Shown here one piece after another: positions 1 to 8,553 of a DNA stretch of 64,000 bases (the first letter of the stretch is position 1; every line of letters begins with the position of its first letter). The position numbers were made by a program, and so were the translations under genes. Source of the stretch: an uncultured bacterium (GTDB lineage Bacteria; Myxococcota_A; Polyangia; Polyangiales; Polyangiaceae); contig CBINDO010000007.1 of assembly GCA_966249405.1 (NCBI GenBank), forward strand, positions 5,686 to 69,685, given 5' to 3'. The notes under the pieces are model-generated. The model did not search any database. It saw only the letters and a list, made by a program, of their open reading frames with translations, and was not told the DNA's origin.

Positions 1-341
1 GCTTGCCCGAACAGAGCGTGCAGCGTGGCCGGTGGAAGCACGATTGAGACGCACTGCGTAGTGGCACCGGTCCAACGGACCTCCTTCATGTGTGTACCTC
101 GCGGCAGCAGATCGATCATGCCGCTGGTGCGCACGAAGGTGTGCGTTTTCTCTGGCGCCGCGGTTGCATCGGTGCGGTAGCCGCGAATCTGGACTTCGGT
201 GACGCCGCCGGTCCAAAGCAGCACCGAGTCGGACTGACCAACGAGGTCATGAATACTGCCTTGCTCAGGAATGTCCCCGACGCGCATCGGTAATCCCGCC
301 CAGTCAGAGCCGGTGAGCGGGAGCCCGTACTTGTTACGCAT
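1..341 (-). CDS. Hypothetical protein, C-terminus cut off by the window start; possibly the N-terminal ligand-binding part of an AraC-type regulator
   Basis: ATG at 341-339 on the minus strand. The frame stays open to base 1 with G/C-rich third positions: MRNKYGLPLTGSDWAGLPMRVGDIPEQGSIHDLVGQSDSVLLWTGGVTEVQIRGY...CVSIVLPPATLHALFGQ. It is absent from the ORF track because no stop lies inside the window. The family call rests on loose resemblance only. Confidence 0.4.
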   Translation of the reverse strand, partial: MRNKYGLPLTGSDWAGLPMRVGDIPEQGSIHDLVGQSDSVLLWTGGVTEVQIRGYRTDATAAPEKTHTFVRTSGMIDLLPRGTHMKEVRWTGATTQCVSIVLPPATLHALFGQ

Positions 342-568
342 ACGCTTTCACCCGTTCGGACACATACACCCAAATCGCGACTCCGCAACGCGCCATGTGT
401 GACGGTGGCGCTTGGGGCGAACGTTCCACATGAACCAATCCGCTCCGAGTGGGTGGCGATTGGAGAAACTTTGAAGACGGTTGTATGCCGTCGGGTTTGT
501 GGAAACCGAATGTCGGAAACCTGAAAGACAGCTCCAAGACCTTGCGCCTAGTTGGTCACGTAGGTTCT

Positions 569-1642
569 ATGCGCAAGCTTCGAATCTGGGGTGCATTGGG
601 TGTGGCGTTCCCGTGTCTGCTGTCGGCGTGCCAGGGCGCTGATGGTAGCGATGCTCCGGCTCAGAACGCGAACATGATCAACGCGACGACGTCCGACTCC
701 GCGACGTTTGCCTCGTCTGCTGCGCTGCCGGACGTCTCCGCTACGAACCCGCCGCCCCGCCGGTGACGCCGCCGACGAGCGTCCCTCCGAATGTGCAGCC
801 CCCGGCTCCGCCGTCGGTGACACCCTCGACCACCACAGCCACTCCGCCGGCGACCGAACCCGGCGAAACCTCCGACGAGGGTTCTTCCGAGCGCTCCGAT
901 GTCGCCACGGAAACGGGGGCGTCGACCAGCACGGGGGGGTGACGCGACGTCTTCCGGTGCCCCCGGGGTCAGCAGCGAGGAGCCATCCCCGAGTGGTTGG
1001 CAGCCATGCAAGTCGAACCCGTGCGTGATTTTGCCGTTGGGCGACTCCATAACCGACGGCGTGGGGGTCAGCGGTGGTGGTTCCTATCGCATCGAGCTCT
1101 TCAGCCTGGCGTTGGCTGACGTCAAGGCGATCACTTTCGTTGAAGGCTTGAGCAACGGCCCACAGATGGTCGACGGTGTCACCTTTCCACGCTCCCACGA
1201 AGGCCACTCTGGCTGGACCGTGCAACAGATCGACGACCTGTTGTTCAAGAACGCACCTCCCGTCGCCATTACCTCCAACCCCGAGATCGTCCTGCTGCAC
1301 CTCGGCACCAACGACATGTGGAACGGTCCGGACGGTGCACCTCAGCGGTTAGGCGCGCTCGTCGACAAGCTCGTCGAAGCGTTGCCCGAGTCTTTGATCG
1401 CCGTCTCCACGATCATCCCATGGCCGCAAAACGCCGGTTTGGTCGACACCTACAACGAGGGTGTCGTGGCTGAGGTGAACGAGAGGATTGATGCCGGAAA
1501 GCACGTGATTCTCGTCGACCAGTTCGAGGGGTTTCCTGCCGCCGAGCTCGCCGACGGGATTCACCCGAACGCCACGGGGTACGAAGTGATGGCGGGCAAG
1601 TGGTACGCGGCGATCTCCGACTACCTCCCGACGGCGCAATAA
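569..1642 (+). pseudogene. Lipoprotein signal + Pro/Thr-rich linker + SGNH/GDSL hydrolase, with the reading frame broken twice (pseudogene or assembly indels)
   Basis: Frame 2 reads MRKLRIWGALGVAFPCLLSAC (signal peptide with lipobox) and ends at TGA 764-766. From about 760 to TGA 940-942, frame 1 reads PVTPPTSVPPNVQPPAPPSVTPSTTTATPPATEPGETSDEGSSERSDVATETGASTSTGG with G/C-rich third positions. Frame 2 becomes coding again right after the G7 run at 933-939 (GDATSSGAPGVSSEEPSPSGWQPCKSNPCVILPLGDSITDG). Confidence 0.5.
899..1642 (+). CDS. SGNH/GDSL-family hydrolase (esterase/lipase); intact catalytic portion
   Basis: All SGNH blocks are present: LGDSITDG (block I Ser), GHSGW (block II Gly), LGTNDMW (block III Asn) and DGIHPN (block V Asp/His). 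The ORF-track start at 899 has no signal peptide and low G/C third positions before 940. The true 5' end is therefore doubtful (see the pseudogene entry). Confidence 0.8.
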   Translation: MSPRKRGRRPARGGDATSSGAPGVSSEEPSPSGWQPCKSNPCVILPLGDSITDGVGVSGGGSYRIELFSLALADVKAITFVEGLSNGPQMVDGVTFPRSHEGHSGWTVQQIDDLLFKNAPPVAITSNPEIVLLHLGTNDMWNGPDGAPQRLGALVDKLVEALPESLIAVSTIIPWPQNAGLVDTYNEGVVAEVNERIDAGKHVILVDQFEGFPAAELADGIHPNATGYEVMAGKWYAAISDYLPTAQ

Positions 1643-1937
1643 CGGAAAGTTGGGGGCGGTCCCGGGCGCTGGGAGAGTTGGGGGGAGAGGAGTGGGGCGC
1701 AGGCAACCGCATCGGTTCGCCTTGCGCCCGACGGGGGTAAACGCCCGCTGTGGGCGGGGAAGGCGGTGGCACACGACGCCGGTGAGCGTTCGCGCGAATT
1801 TTGGCAGGGCGCGGGCGCTCAAAGTCGAGCCTGCGACCGGTGATTGTGGCAGGCTGCGAAAAACTTGGATGCATCGGTGGGCGGGAGCCGTGAGCTTCCG
1901 ACCCAACGCTGGGCCCAACCATTAAAGTGTATTCAAC

Positions 1938-3263
1938 ATGATTTTCCGTCGTGCGTCGTCTGTGGTTGTCGATGGGGCCGCGTTTGCGTCGCTGGCGTTG
2001 GCCACCGTGAGTTGTAACACCTTCGATGATCCGCCGAGTCGCGAGACGCCGACGGCGCCGAGCCCGGCGTTTCCAACCGTGCCGGTGCCGTTTCCGACGG
2101 TCACGGCGCCAACCCTGGGGCCCCGAGCGCCGTGTGGCACGATCTCGGATCAGGACGGCGATGGGGTCAACGGCGTCGATCGAGCCGGCTGCGATGCCGA
2201 CTCCCCGTGGCCCATCGACGTCAGCGTCGCCGACTGCGACGACTTCGATGCTACCCAACACCAAGCCGTTCGCTACGGATTGGACGCAGACGGCGACGGC
2301 TACGGGGGCCCCATCGTTCAATGGTTGTGCGAAGGGACGGAATCTCCAGGGCTGAGCCCGAACACCACCGATTGTGACGATACCAACCCGTACGCCCAGG
2401 CCTATCTGTACGTGGACGCGGACGGCGATGGCCGTGGCGCCGCGACGGACCTGCCCGCGTGTGAGGCCGCCGACTTGGCTGGCTTCGCGCCCAATTCGGC
2501 CGACTGTGACGACGCCGATCCCGCCGTCTACGAAGGCGCTACCGGAGAGTCCGCGTACGACGGCGTGGACACCGATTGCGACGGTTACGATGTGCCTTGG
2601 GTTCACGTCGAGAGCGTGAGTGAGCTCGAGCCGTTCTCCGAGTCGCCTTGGTGCGAAGGACCCGTGCTGGCGATCACCGCGCTCGTGAGTTCGGGTGACT
2701 TGTCCGACTTGGTAGTGCTCCAAGTGACCAACGTGGGCACCTCGGCCGTCTCGGGCGCGAGCGTGGTGATCGAGCAACTCGGCTCGGACAAGACGGTGAC
2801 TTCGACCGCTCGTTCCGGCATTCCCGAACTCGCCGCAGGCGGCGTGTTCCTCTATCACCTTCACGCCGCCGGAACGTATCAAGCGGCTATCGTCTACGAC
2901 TTGGATGGCGAGGCCTCGGGTGACGTCGACGTGTGGACCAGCAATCCCGCCGCGAGCAGCGGAGTGAACTCGCAGGTGCCCGACTCGGACGGCGAGGTTT
3001 CAGCAGTGGGGGCGGACGCCGCCGCGTCGATCTTGGTCGACGCGGCAGTGGACGGTGGGACAGCCGACGAAGCCCCGGACGCGGCTGCCGTCGATATCGG
3101 TGATGGCAACGGCGATGCGGGTGCGCCGGACGCGAGTGTTCCGACTTCGAGCCCGGAAGCTGGCGCGGGCCTGCATCCGGTCGAGGGAGGCCCACGTTGC
3201 GAGTTACTGCAGGCGCCGCTCCTGATCACGCTCGAGCTCGACTCGGACCCGGTGACGCCCTGA
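1938..3263 (+). CDS. Exported lipoprotein with MopE-like putative metal-binding motif repeats
   Basis: Signal peptide with lipobox (FASLALATVSC). Repeated motifs: DADGDGYGGP...TDCDDTNPYA, DADGDGRGAA...ADCDDADPAVYEGATGESAYDGVDTDCDG. This is the D-x-DGDG / DCDD-x-x-P / DxDCDG pattern of the putative metal-binding motif family (Pfam Cu-binding_MopE type). The C-terminal half is acidic and low-complexity. Confidence 0.75.
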   Translation: MIFRRASSVVVDGAAFASLALATVSCNTFDDPPSRETPTAPSPAFPTVPVPFPTVTAPTLGPRAPCGTISDQDGDGVNGVDRAGCDADSPWPIDVSVADCDDFDATQHQAVRYGLDADGDGYGGPIVQWLCEGTESPGLSPNTTDCDDTNPYAQAYLYVDADGDGRGAATDLPACEAADLAGFAPNSADCDDADPAVYEGATGESAYDGVDTDCDGYDVPWVHVESVSELEPFSESPWCEGPVLAITALVSSGDLSDLVVLQVTNVGTSAVSGASVVIEQLGSDKTVTSTARSGIPELAAGGVFLYHLHAAGTYQAAIVYDLDGEASGDVDVWTSNPAASSGVNSQVPDSDGEVSAVGADAAASILVDAAVDGGTADEAPDAAAVDIGDGNGDAGAPDASVPTSSPEAGAGLHPVEGGPRCELLQAPLLITLELDSDPVTP

Positions 3264-3268
3264 CCACG

Positions 3269-3290
3269 GCTGCACGTTTACGCGTGCAGC
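3269..3290. terminator. Hairpin between convergent genes (candidate bidirectional terminator)
   Basis: GCTGCACG-TTTACG-CGTGCAGC: perfect 8-bp stem with a 6-nt loop. It lies in the 32-bp gap between the stop at 3263 (+) and the stop at 3296 (-). There is no clear U-tract. Confidence 0.45.
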
Positions 3291-3295
3291 TCGCC

Positions 3296-4051
3296 TCAGA
3301 GGTGAATACCACCGGCGACCTCGACGCGCTGTCCATTGATCCACCGGGACTCCGCAGACAGCAGTGCCGCGACGGCGTCACCGATATCATCGGGCAACCC
3401 CACTCGACCGAGCGCCGTTTGATTGGCGATCATGGCGTTGAGTTGCGGGTTGTCGCGCACCGCGCCGCCGCCGAAGTCGGTTTCGATTGCTCCGGGCGCC
3501 AACGTGTTGACCCTAATCTTGCGCGGTCCGAGCTCGAGCGCTTGATATCGCGTGAGCACTTCCACGGCGCCCTTCATGCTCGCGTAGGCGGCGTATCCCG
3601 GTAACGAGAAACGCGCCAGGCCGGACGACACATTGAGGATGCTGCCCCCGTCGGCGATCAGCGGGAGCAACTTTTGGGTGAGGAAAAACGGGCCCTTGAG
3701 GTGCACGGCCACGAGTGAGTCGAAGTCCGCTTCCGTCGTTTCGGCGAACGTCGCGTACACGCCGTGACCGGCGTTGTTCACCAGGTGATCGAATTGGCTG
3801 CGACCGAACTGAGATAGCGCGCCTCCAAGCTCCGATGCAAACCCACCGAACGTCTCGGGCTTGCCGGTATCGAGCGGAAGGGCGAGAGCTTTGCGTCCGA
3901 GCCCACGCAGCTCTTGGACGACGGTCTCCGCTTCGGCGCGTTGACTGCGGTAGGTGATGATCACGTCCAAACCGCGTTTGGCCAGGCTGACTGCCGATGC
4001 GCGACCTAGACCGCGGCTGCCTCCGGTGACGAGTGCGAGTTGCGTATTCAT
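3296..4051 (-). CDS. Short-chain dehydrogenase/reductase (SDR), classical type
   Basis: MNTQLALVTGGSRGLGRA carries the TGxxxGxG NAD(P)-binding motif. NNAG, a catalytic YxxxK (YASMK) and PGAIETDF are also present. I chose the internal ATG at 4051-4049. The 389-aa track ORF extends 5' into the divergent promoter region. Confidence 0.9.
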   Translation of the reverse strand: MNTQLALVTGGSRGLGRASAVSLAKRGLDVIITYRSQRAEAETVVQELRGLGRKALALPLDTGKPETFGGFASELGGALSQFGRSQFDHLVNNAGHGVYATFAETTEADFDSLVAVHLKGPFFLTQKLLPLIADGGSILNVSSGLARFSLPGYAAYASMKGAVEVLTRYQALELGPRKIRVNTLAPGAIETDFGGGAVRDNPQLNAMIANQTALGRVGLPDDIGDAVAALLSAESRWINGQRVEVAGGIHL

Positions 4052-4154
4052 GATATGTTTGCTCCGTTGTAGAATGGGTGCTGGCGCGCGAGCGGCGAGC
4101 GCCGTTGGTGGTGGGGAGTCTGCGGTTCGAGGGCGTCGGAGACAACCGCCCAAA

Positions 4155-4183
4155 GACTGACCAGTCTGTTCAAGAATGTTGAA
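4155..4183. promoter_or_regulatory. Candidate LysR-type operator in the SDR/LysR divergent intergenic region
   Basis: TTCAAGAATGTTGAA (4169-4183) contains TCAA-N5-TTGA, a T-N11-A dyad. The adjacent palindrome is GACTG-AC-CAGTC (4155-4166). It lies 30-60 bp upstream of the LysR start at 4214. Confidence 0.35.
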
Positions 4184-4213
4184 CAATGGTCGCGATTCGC
4201 CGATCATGCCTTC

Positions 4214-5128
4214 ATGAACCAAGCCGAGAAGCTGCGCGTCTTCATCCGGGTCGCTGAACTCGGAAGTTTCACGGCCGCAGCGGTTAGTTTGGGCTTGCCG
4301 AAGGCCAACGTCTCGGTGGCGATCTCCGCGTTGGAGTCCGAACTCGGAGCGCAGTTGTTTCACCGTACGACGCGGCGAGTGCGTCTCACGGCAGATGGCG
4401 CCCTCGCTTTGGAGAGAGCACACGAACTCTTGAACGGGCTCGACGCGTGGGCGCAGATGTTCCACAAGGACGTGAACCTACGCGGACGATTGCGCGTCGA
4501 CATGCCGGTGACGATCGCCAGAGACGTCGTCATCCCCAACCTGCCGACGTTCCTGCAACGTCACCCGCAACTCAGCGTCGAGCTGAGCAGCACCGACCGT
4601 TTCGTCGACCTCGTGGCAGAAGGCTTCGACTGCGTGTTGCGAGTCGGAGCGCGCACGGACTCGAGCTTGATTGCGCGCCCAGTGGGACATTACCGGATCG
4701 TCAACTGTGTCAGTCAGCGTTACGTCGCCGCTTACGGCAAACCGAAGACCTTGGCGGACTTGTCCCGCCATCGGCTCGTCCACTACACCACGAGCTTCGG
4801 TCAACCACCGGGAGGCTTCGAATACGTCGACCCGAAGACTGGCGAAGAACACCAAGTTCCCATGAGTGGCGTGCTTACGGTAAACGCTGTCGCGGCGTAC
4901 ATGGCTGCGGCCATGGCCGGCTTCGGTATCGTGCAAGTGCCGGAGGTCGGGGTCAGGGACAGGCTGCGTTCGGGCGAGCTGATTGAGGTCCTGAGTGAAT
5001 GGCGCCCTGCGCCGTTGCCCGTCACCTTGCTCTACCCGCATCGTCGGAACTTGCCGTCGAGAGTGCGCGCCTTCTTGGATTGGATGGTGAGTTTATTGGC
5101 GCCTAGAATGAGCTCCCAACCGAGTTGA
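4214..5128 (+). CDS. LysR-family transcriptional regulator
   Basis: N-terminal HTH: LRVFIRVAELGSFTAAAVSLGLPKANVSVAISALESELGAQLFHRTTRRVRLTADG. The C-terminal part is a LysR substrate-binding domain. It is divergently paired with the SDR gene, which is the classic arrangement. Confidence 0.92.
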   Translation: MNQAEKLRVFIRVAELGSFTAAAVSLGLPKANVSVAISALESELGAQLFHRTTRRVRLTADGALALERAHELLNGLDAWAQMFHKDVNLRGRLRVDMPVTIARDVVIPNLPTFLQRHPQLSVELSSTDRFVDLVAEGFDCVLRVGARTDSSLIARPVGHYRIVNCVSQRYVAAYGKPKTLADLSRHRLVHYTTSFGQPPGGFEYVDPKTGEEHQVPMSGVLTVNAVAAYMAAAMAGFGIVQVPEVGVRDRLRSGELIEVLSEWRPAPLPVTLLYPHRRNLPSRVRAFLDWMVSLLAPRMSSQPS

Positions 5129-5169
5129 CTCCCCACGGTTGCCCACTAGAGTCAGGGGCGGCGGACCTC

Positions 5170-6033
5170 ATGGCCAGCACCAACGTCTCTCGAGCGTCCC
5201 ATTCCCGCGTCAAGCGAGCTACGGACGCGCTCGCCTCTCCCATTTGGGTCGGGGTGGTACTCAGCTTACTGGGCTGTGAGCCCTCCGTGGACGTGGGCAA
5301 CTGGCGGTGTAGTTCCGCGCCGTTGTTCATCCCGCCCGACGGTAGCCCGATCGTTGCTGGCAAAGATCTCCCGGTCGAGCTCGATTGGTCCACCTCCTTC
5401 GAGGATGGCTTCTGCGGCTACTCGAACGCCACGGGCTTCTGTTATTCGGACCCCGGCGCGACGCACCGCGTCGTGGAGTCGCCAACACACTCGGGCAATC
5501 GAGCGGCTGCGTTCGACATCACGACCGACCCCTCCAAGGATGGCCGGCAGACCCGCTGTGTGCGCGAAGGGTTGCTGCCGGATGACGCCGTCTACGGTGC
5601 ATGGTTCTACATTCCTTCGGGAACCACTTCGCGCGGCAACTGGAACTTGATGCACTTTCAGGGCAGCGACGGAAACGATTTGCGTGGGCTTTGGGACGTG
5701 TCGGTAGCGGTCACGGATTCAGGAAAACTTCAGCCTTTCGTGCGTGGCTTTCGAGGCATTGGCATGCTCAATCCCGCGCCGGAGGTGGAGTTGCCGACGG
5801 AGCGTTGGTTCGCGCTCGACTTCAGGTTGCGTCGCGCTTCCACACCGGTCGGCAGCGTCGCGCTCTATCTCGACCGCAAGTTGATCATCGAGCAGTCGGA
5901 CATCATCACCGATGACTCGGCGTGGGGTCAGTGGTACGTGGGCAACCTGGCTACCGACCTGGAACCGCAGCAGTCGACCATCTACGTCGATGACGTCACC
6001 ATCCGGAAGGAATTGGATGGCGCGAGCCTCTAA
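5170..6033 (+). CDS. Exported lipoprotein, concanavalin-like fold (polysaccharide-lyase-like)
   Basis: ATG at 5170. Signal peptide with lipobox (IWVGVVLSLLGC). C-terminal pattern: YGAWFYIPSG...WNLMHFQG...WFALDFRL...GSVALYLDRKLI...WYVGN...IYVDDVTIR. This resembles the Polysacc_lyase/LamG-type jelly-roll families. The function is uncertain. Confidence 0.6.
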   Translation: MASTNVSRASHSRVKRATDALASPIWVGVVLSLLGCEPSVDVGNWRCSSAPLFIPPDGSPIVAGKDLPVELDWSTSFEDGFCGYSNATGFCYSDPGATHRVVESPTHSGNRAAAFDITTDPSKDGRQTRCVREGLLPDDAVYGAWFYIPSGTTSRGNWNLMHFQGSDGNDLRGLWDVSVAVTDSGKLQPFVRGFRGIGMLNPAPEVELPTERWFALDFRLRRASTPVGSVALYLDRKLIIEQSDIITDDSAWGQWYVGNLATDLEPQQSTIYVDDVTIRKELDGASL

Positions 6034-7150
6034 CAACGACGAGGCCGAACGGCGTGCGCTTGGTTACGGCCATCGACGCGTCACGCGCCGGTTGCTGCCC
6101 TTTGGCCTGGGCTTGATTGCGTGGCTGCCCGGCAATCCCGCGGCAGCTGCCCCACAACTCACGTGGCAGGCACCCAGTGATTGCCCTCAGGGGCCAGCGG
6201 TGTTGGCGTTGGTGCGGGACATCGTCGGTGAAGAAGTGTGGGGCACCACGACCTTGCGTGCCTGGGGTACGATCACCGAAACTCCGACTGGTTATCGGCT
6301 CGAGCTGCGCACCGAGTCCGGGGACGAAAGCCACGTGCGAACCCTCGACGCGAGAGCTTGCGGAGATTTGCTCGGCGCATCGGCGGTGGTGCTGGGCCTC
6401 AACTTGAAGGGCGAAGCGGCAGCGGGCGGCGTCGATGGCGCGTCAGACTCGGGGTCGAACACGCAAGGCGATTCCGGGGGCCGAGGTGCAGCGGCTGCGA
6501 GCGGCGACTCGACCACCGGAGCCGACTCGAACAACGACCGTTCAGGGCAAGGAGAGACACCGAAAAATGCGGACGCGGCCAACGGCCGAGAGTCAGCCGC
6601 GGACGACTCCGACGACGAGAGCCCAGCGGCCGTGCGCGACAGTTTTTGGATCGGGTTGCCGCTCGTGGCGGTAGGGGTCGGTTCTTTGCCCGAGCCCACG
6701 TGGAGCGGCGGACTGTCGGTTGGGTCGTGGTTCTCCGATTGGTCGGCGTGGTTGGCCGCGCGTTACCAACTGCCGCAGACTGTGCAGTCGACTTCTTCGG
6801 ACCAAGTCGGCGCGCAGGTGAACCGCTACGGGGGAGAACTCGCGTTGTCGCGCCATTTCCGCGCCGGACCGATGGAGTTCGGGCCTTTCGTGGGTTTCGG
6901 CGTGGACTACCTCACGGCGCGGGGAACTGGGGTAGACGTGGTCAGTGCGCGGAGCGGCTCGTTCGTGAGCTCGGCGGCGGTTGGGTTCGTCGCCCGGTTG
7001 TCGGTCGCAAACTGGGTGTCCCTGTCTGGGACGCTGTGTGGGGAGGTAGCCCTCGCGCGGCCGCGGTTCGTGGTCGACGCGCTGGGTGAAGTTGGTCAAC
7101 TTGGCCCGTTTCAGGGCCGCTTTGCCCTCGCCACGGAGTGGAAGTTTTGA
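6017..7150 (+). CDS. Exported protein with a C-terminal outer-membrane beta-barrel-like domain
   Basis: I chose the internal ATG at 6017; it overlaps the upstream gene by 17 nt. Signal-like segment: LLPFGLGLIAWLPGNPAAAA. An acidic Gly/Ser/Asp linker follows, then an alternating hydrophobic pattern. The protein ends ...RFALATEWKF, and a terminal Phe is typical of outer-membrane proteins. Confidence 0.6.
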   Translation: MARASNNDEAERRALGYGHRRVTRRLLPFGLGLIAWLPGNPAAAAPQLTWQAPSDCPQGPAVLALVRDIVGEEVWGTTTLRAWGTITETPTGYRLELRTESGDESHVRTLDARACGDLLGASAVVLGLNLKGEAAAGGVDGASDSGSNTQGDSGGRGAAAASGDSTTGADSNNDRSGQGETPKNADAANGRESAADDSDDESPAAVRDSFWIGLPLVAVGVGSLPEPTWSGGLSVGSWFSDWSAWLAARYQLPQTVQSTSSDQVGAQVNRYGGELALSRHFRAGPMEFGPFVGFGVDYLTARGTGVDVVSARSGSFVSSAAVGFVARLSVANWVSLSGTLCGEVALARPRFVVDALGEVGQLGPFQGRFALATEWKF

Positions 7151-7180
7151 CGGATCTCAGAGGGCTAGGGCACTGCCGTC

Positions 7181-7813
7181 TTGTGCCGTTACCAGGGTGG
7201 CGTCGTGCCTTCCCTTAGACCCCAAACCCTCTCGCCGCCTCCGCCCCCCGATGGAGGTCCTCGCCCGTTGGACGCTTCACCGCCACAACCCCTCCCCACG
7301 TTCGAAGCCGTCTACGAGCAGCACTTCGAGTTCGTCTGGGCGATGGCGCGTCGTTTTGGCGTGGCCCCCGAGTCGATGGACGACGTCGTGCAAGAGGTCT
7401 TTCTGGTCGTAAACGCCAAACTATCGACCTTGATCAGACCCGAATCGCTGCGGAGTTGGCTCTACGGCATCGTACGCCGCACCGCGAGCGGCCACCGTCG
7501 CAAGGTGGCGCAGCAGCGGAGCTCGGGACCAGTGGCCGTGGAAGACCTCCCCGATGAAGACGGGTTGCGCTCTCCCGCTGATCTCGCGGAACAAAACGAG
7601 CAAGTCCGAAGGTTGTGGACTTTGCTCCAGGAGCTCGATCCACCGAAACGAGAGCTCTTCATCATGGCGGAACTGGAAGAGTTTACCTGCCCCGAGATCG
7701 CCGAAGCCCTCAACATCCCCCTCAACACTGCCTATTCACGCTTGCGACACGCGCGCGAAGCGTTCGAGGCTGCATTGGCTCGCCACAAGGCGCGGAAGGC
7801 TGTTCAATCATGA
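7181..7813 (+). CDS. ECF-type RNA polymerase sigma factor (sigma-70 family, group 4)
   Basis: Region 2: FEFVWAMARRFGVAPESMDDVVQEVFLVVNAKL. Region 4: RELFIMAELEEFTCPEIAEALNIPLNTAYSRLRHAREAF. The track start is TTG. The true start may be GTG 7205 or later. Confidence 0.88.
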   Translation: MCRYQGGVVPSLRPQTLSPPPPPDGGPRPLDASPPQPLPTFEAVYEQHFEFVWAMARRFGVAPESMDDVVQEVFLVVNAKLSTLIRPESLRSWLYGIVRRTASGHRRKVAQQRSSGPVAVEDLPDEDGLRSPADLAEQNEQVRRLWTLLQELDPPKRELFIMAELEEFTCPEIAEALNIPLNTAYSRLRHAREAFEAALARHKARKAVQS

Positions 7814-8481
7814 ACTCCGAATTGAGCAAAGAAGCCGCGGACCTCGTCAAGGTCGGGCGTGACGCATTGCGTCCAACCGTAGACGACAGGGCGCGCGTGC
7901 TCGCCGCCCTGAAGGCTCAATTGCCGGTGGCGCTCGAACCGACGGCGACTGGCGTCAGCGCGGCGAGCGGTGTGGGGGTGGGCACCAAGGCGCTGGTGCT
8001 CGCGGCGGGCGTGGCTGCCACGATCGCGGCGGTCGCCGTGTTTTCGGCGAGAAGGCCCGAGCAAGCGCCGCCGTCGGTCCCGAGTTCTGACGTACCTGGC
8101 GCGGTCTTCGCCCCAACGGTTCCGGAACCTCCCGCGGGCTTCGGCTTGCCCGCGCCGATGGTCACGGCAGCGCCTGCGCCGGCCCCCGTTGGCAGTTCTG
8201 GCGTCGGCAACCGCGCGACGCCTGCCGATCGTCTGGGCGAAGAGGTAGCGCTCTTGACCCGAGCTCAGCGCGAGTTTCACGCCGGTAATTTGAAGGCAGC
8301 CCTCGCCTCCGTGGACGAACATCGCCGCAAGTTTGCACGTGGCCGACTCGGGCAAGAGCGCGTCAAGTTGCGAGTGAAGATCTTGTGTGGCCTCGGGCGC
8401 GTTGCAGAGGCGATGTCGGAGCAGCGCAAGCTCGGGTCCTCGAAGTCGGGCCCCGAAGATGTTTGCGGCCAGTCGCAGTGA
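7810..8481 (+). CDS. Putative anti-sigma factor (single-pass membrane protein)
   Basis: ATG 7810 overlaps the sigma-factor stop (ATGA), implying translational coupling. There is one TM segment (ALVLAAGVAATIAAVAVF) and a helical C-terminal domain. The role is assigned from position after the ECF sigma. Confidence 0.6.
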   Translation: MNSELSKEAADLVKVGRDALRPTVDDRARVLAALKAQLPVALEPTATGVSAASGVGVGTKALVLAAGVAATIAAVAVFSARRPEQAPPSVPSSDVPGAVFAPTVPEPPAGFGLPAPMVTAAPAPAPVGSSGVGNRATPADRLGEEVALLTRAQREFHAGNLKAALASVDEHRRKFARGRLGQERVKLRVKILCGLGRVAEAMSEQRKLGSSKSGPEDVCGQSQ

Positions 8482-8553
8482 CTGACCCGCCGTCGGCCTA
8501 GTCGAGCGAGCACGACGGCCGGGTTCGAACCGCTGAAATCGCGAGCGTACCGG

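Noticed and set aside
764-766. In-frame TGA after the lipoprotein signal, considered as a selenocysteine or read-through site.
   Set aside because: The same frame hits another TGA at 815-817. Third-position bias shifts to another frame between the two sites. A frameshift or indel explains the data better than recoding.
1413-2882. 489-aa minus-strand ORF, the longest of many antisense ORFs. Others include 548-1300(-), 8695-9729(+), 18823-20229(+), 24676-25734(-), 26175-27110(-), 45034-46335(-), 54264-55625(+), 57153-58457(-) and 60582-61442(+).
   Set aside because: Each lies opposite a gene with clear domain content. Their translations are Arg/Gly/His/Pro-rich with no recognisable motifs. This is typical of stop-poor antisense frames in high-GC DNA.
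3296-4465. Long 5' extensions of track ORFs: 3296-4465, 10861-11796, 20664-22619, 40937-42646, 49132-50265, 49956-51878, 26055-27095, 5912-7150 and 7615-8481.
   Set aside because: The extensions run into upstream genes or promoter regions and encode Arg-rich junk. Internal ATGs that I verified in the sequence give proper signal peptides or domain starts, often with ATGA/GTGA coupling to the upstream stop.
8521-8531. GGGTTCGAACC, a tRNA T-loop-like sequence in the spacer between convergent genes.
   Set aside because: The flanks do not form a T-stem (CCGGG is not matched by CGCTG). No acceptor or anticodon arms can be drawn, so it is not a tRNA.
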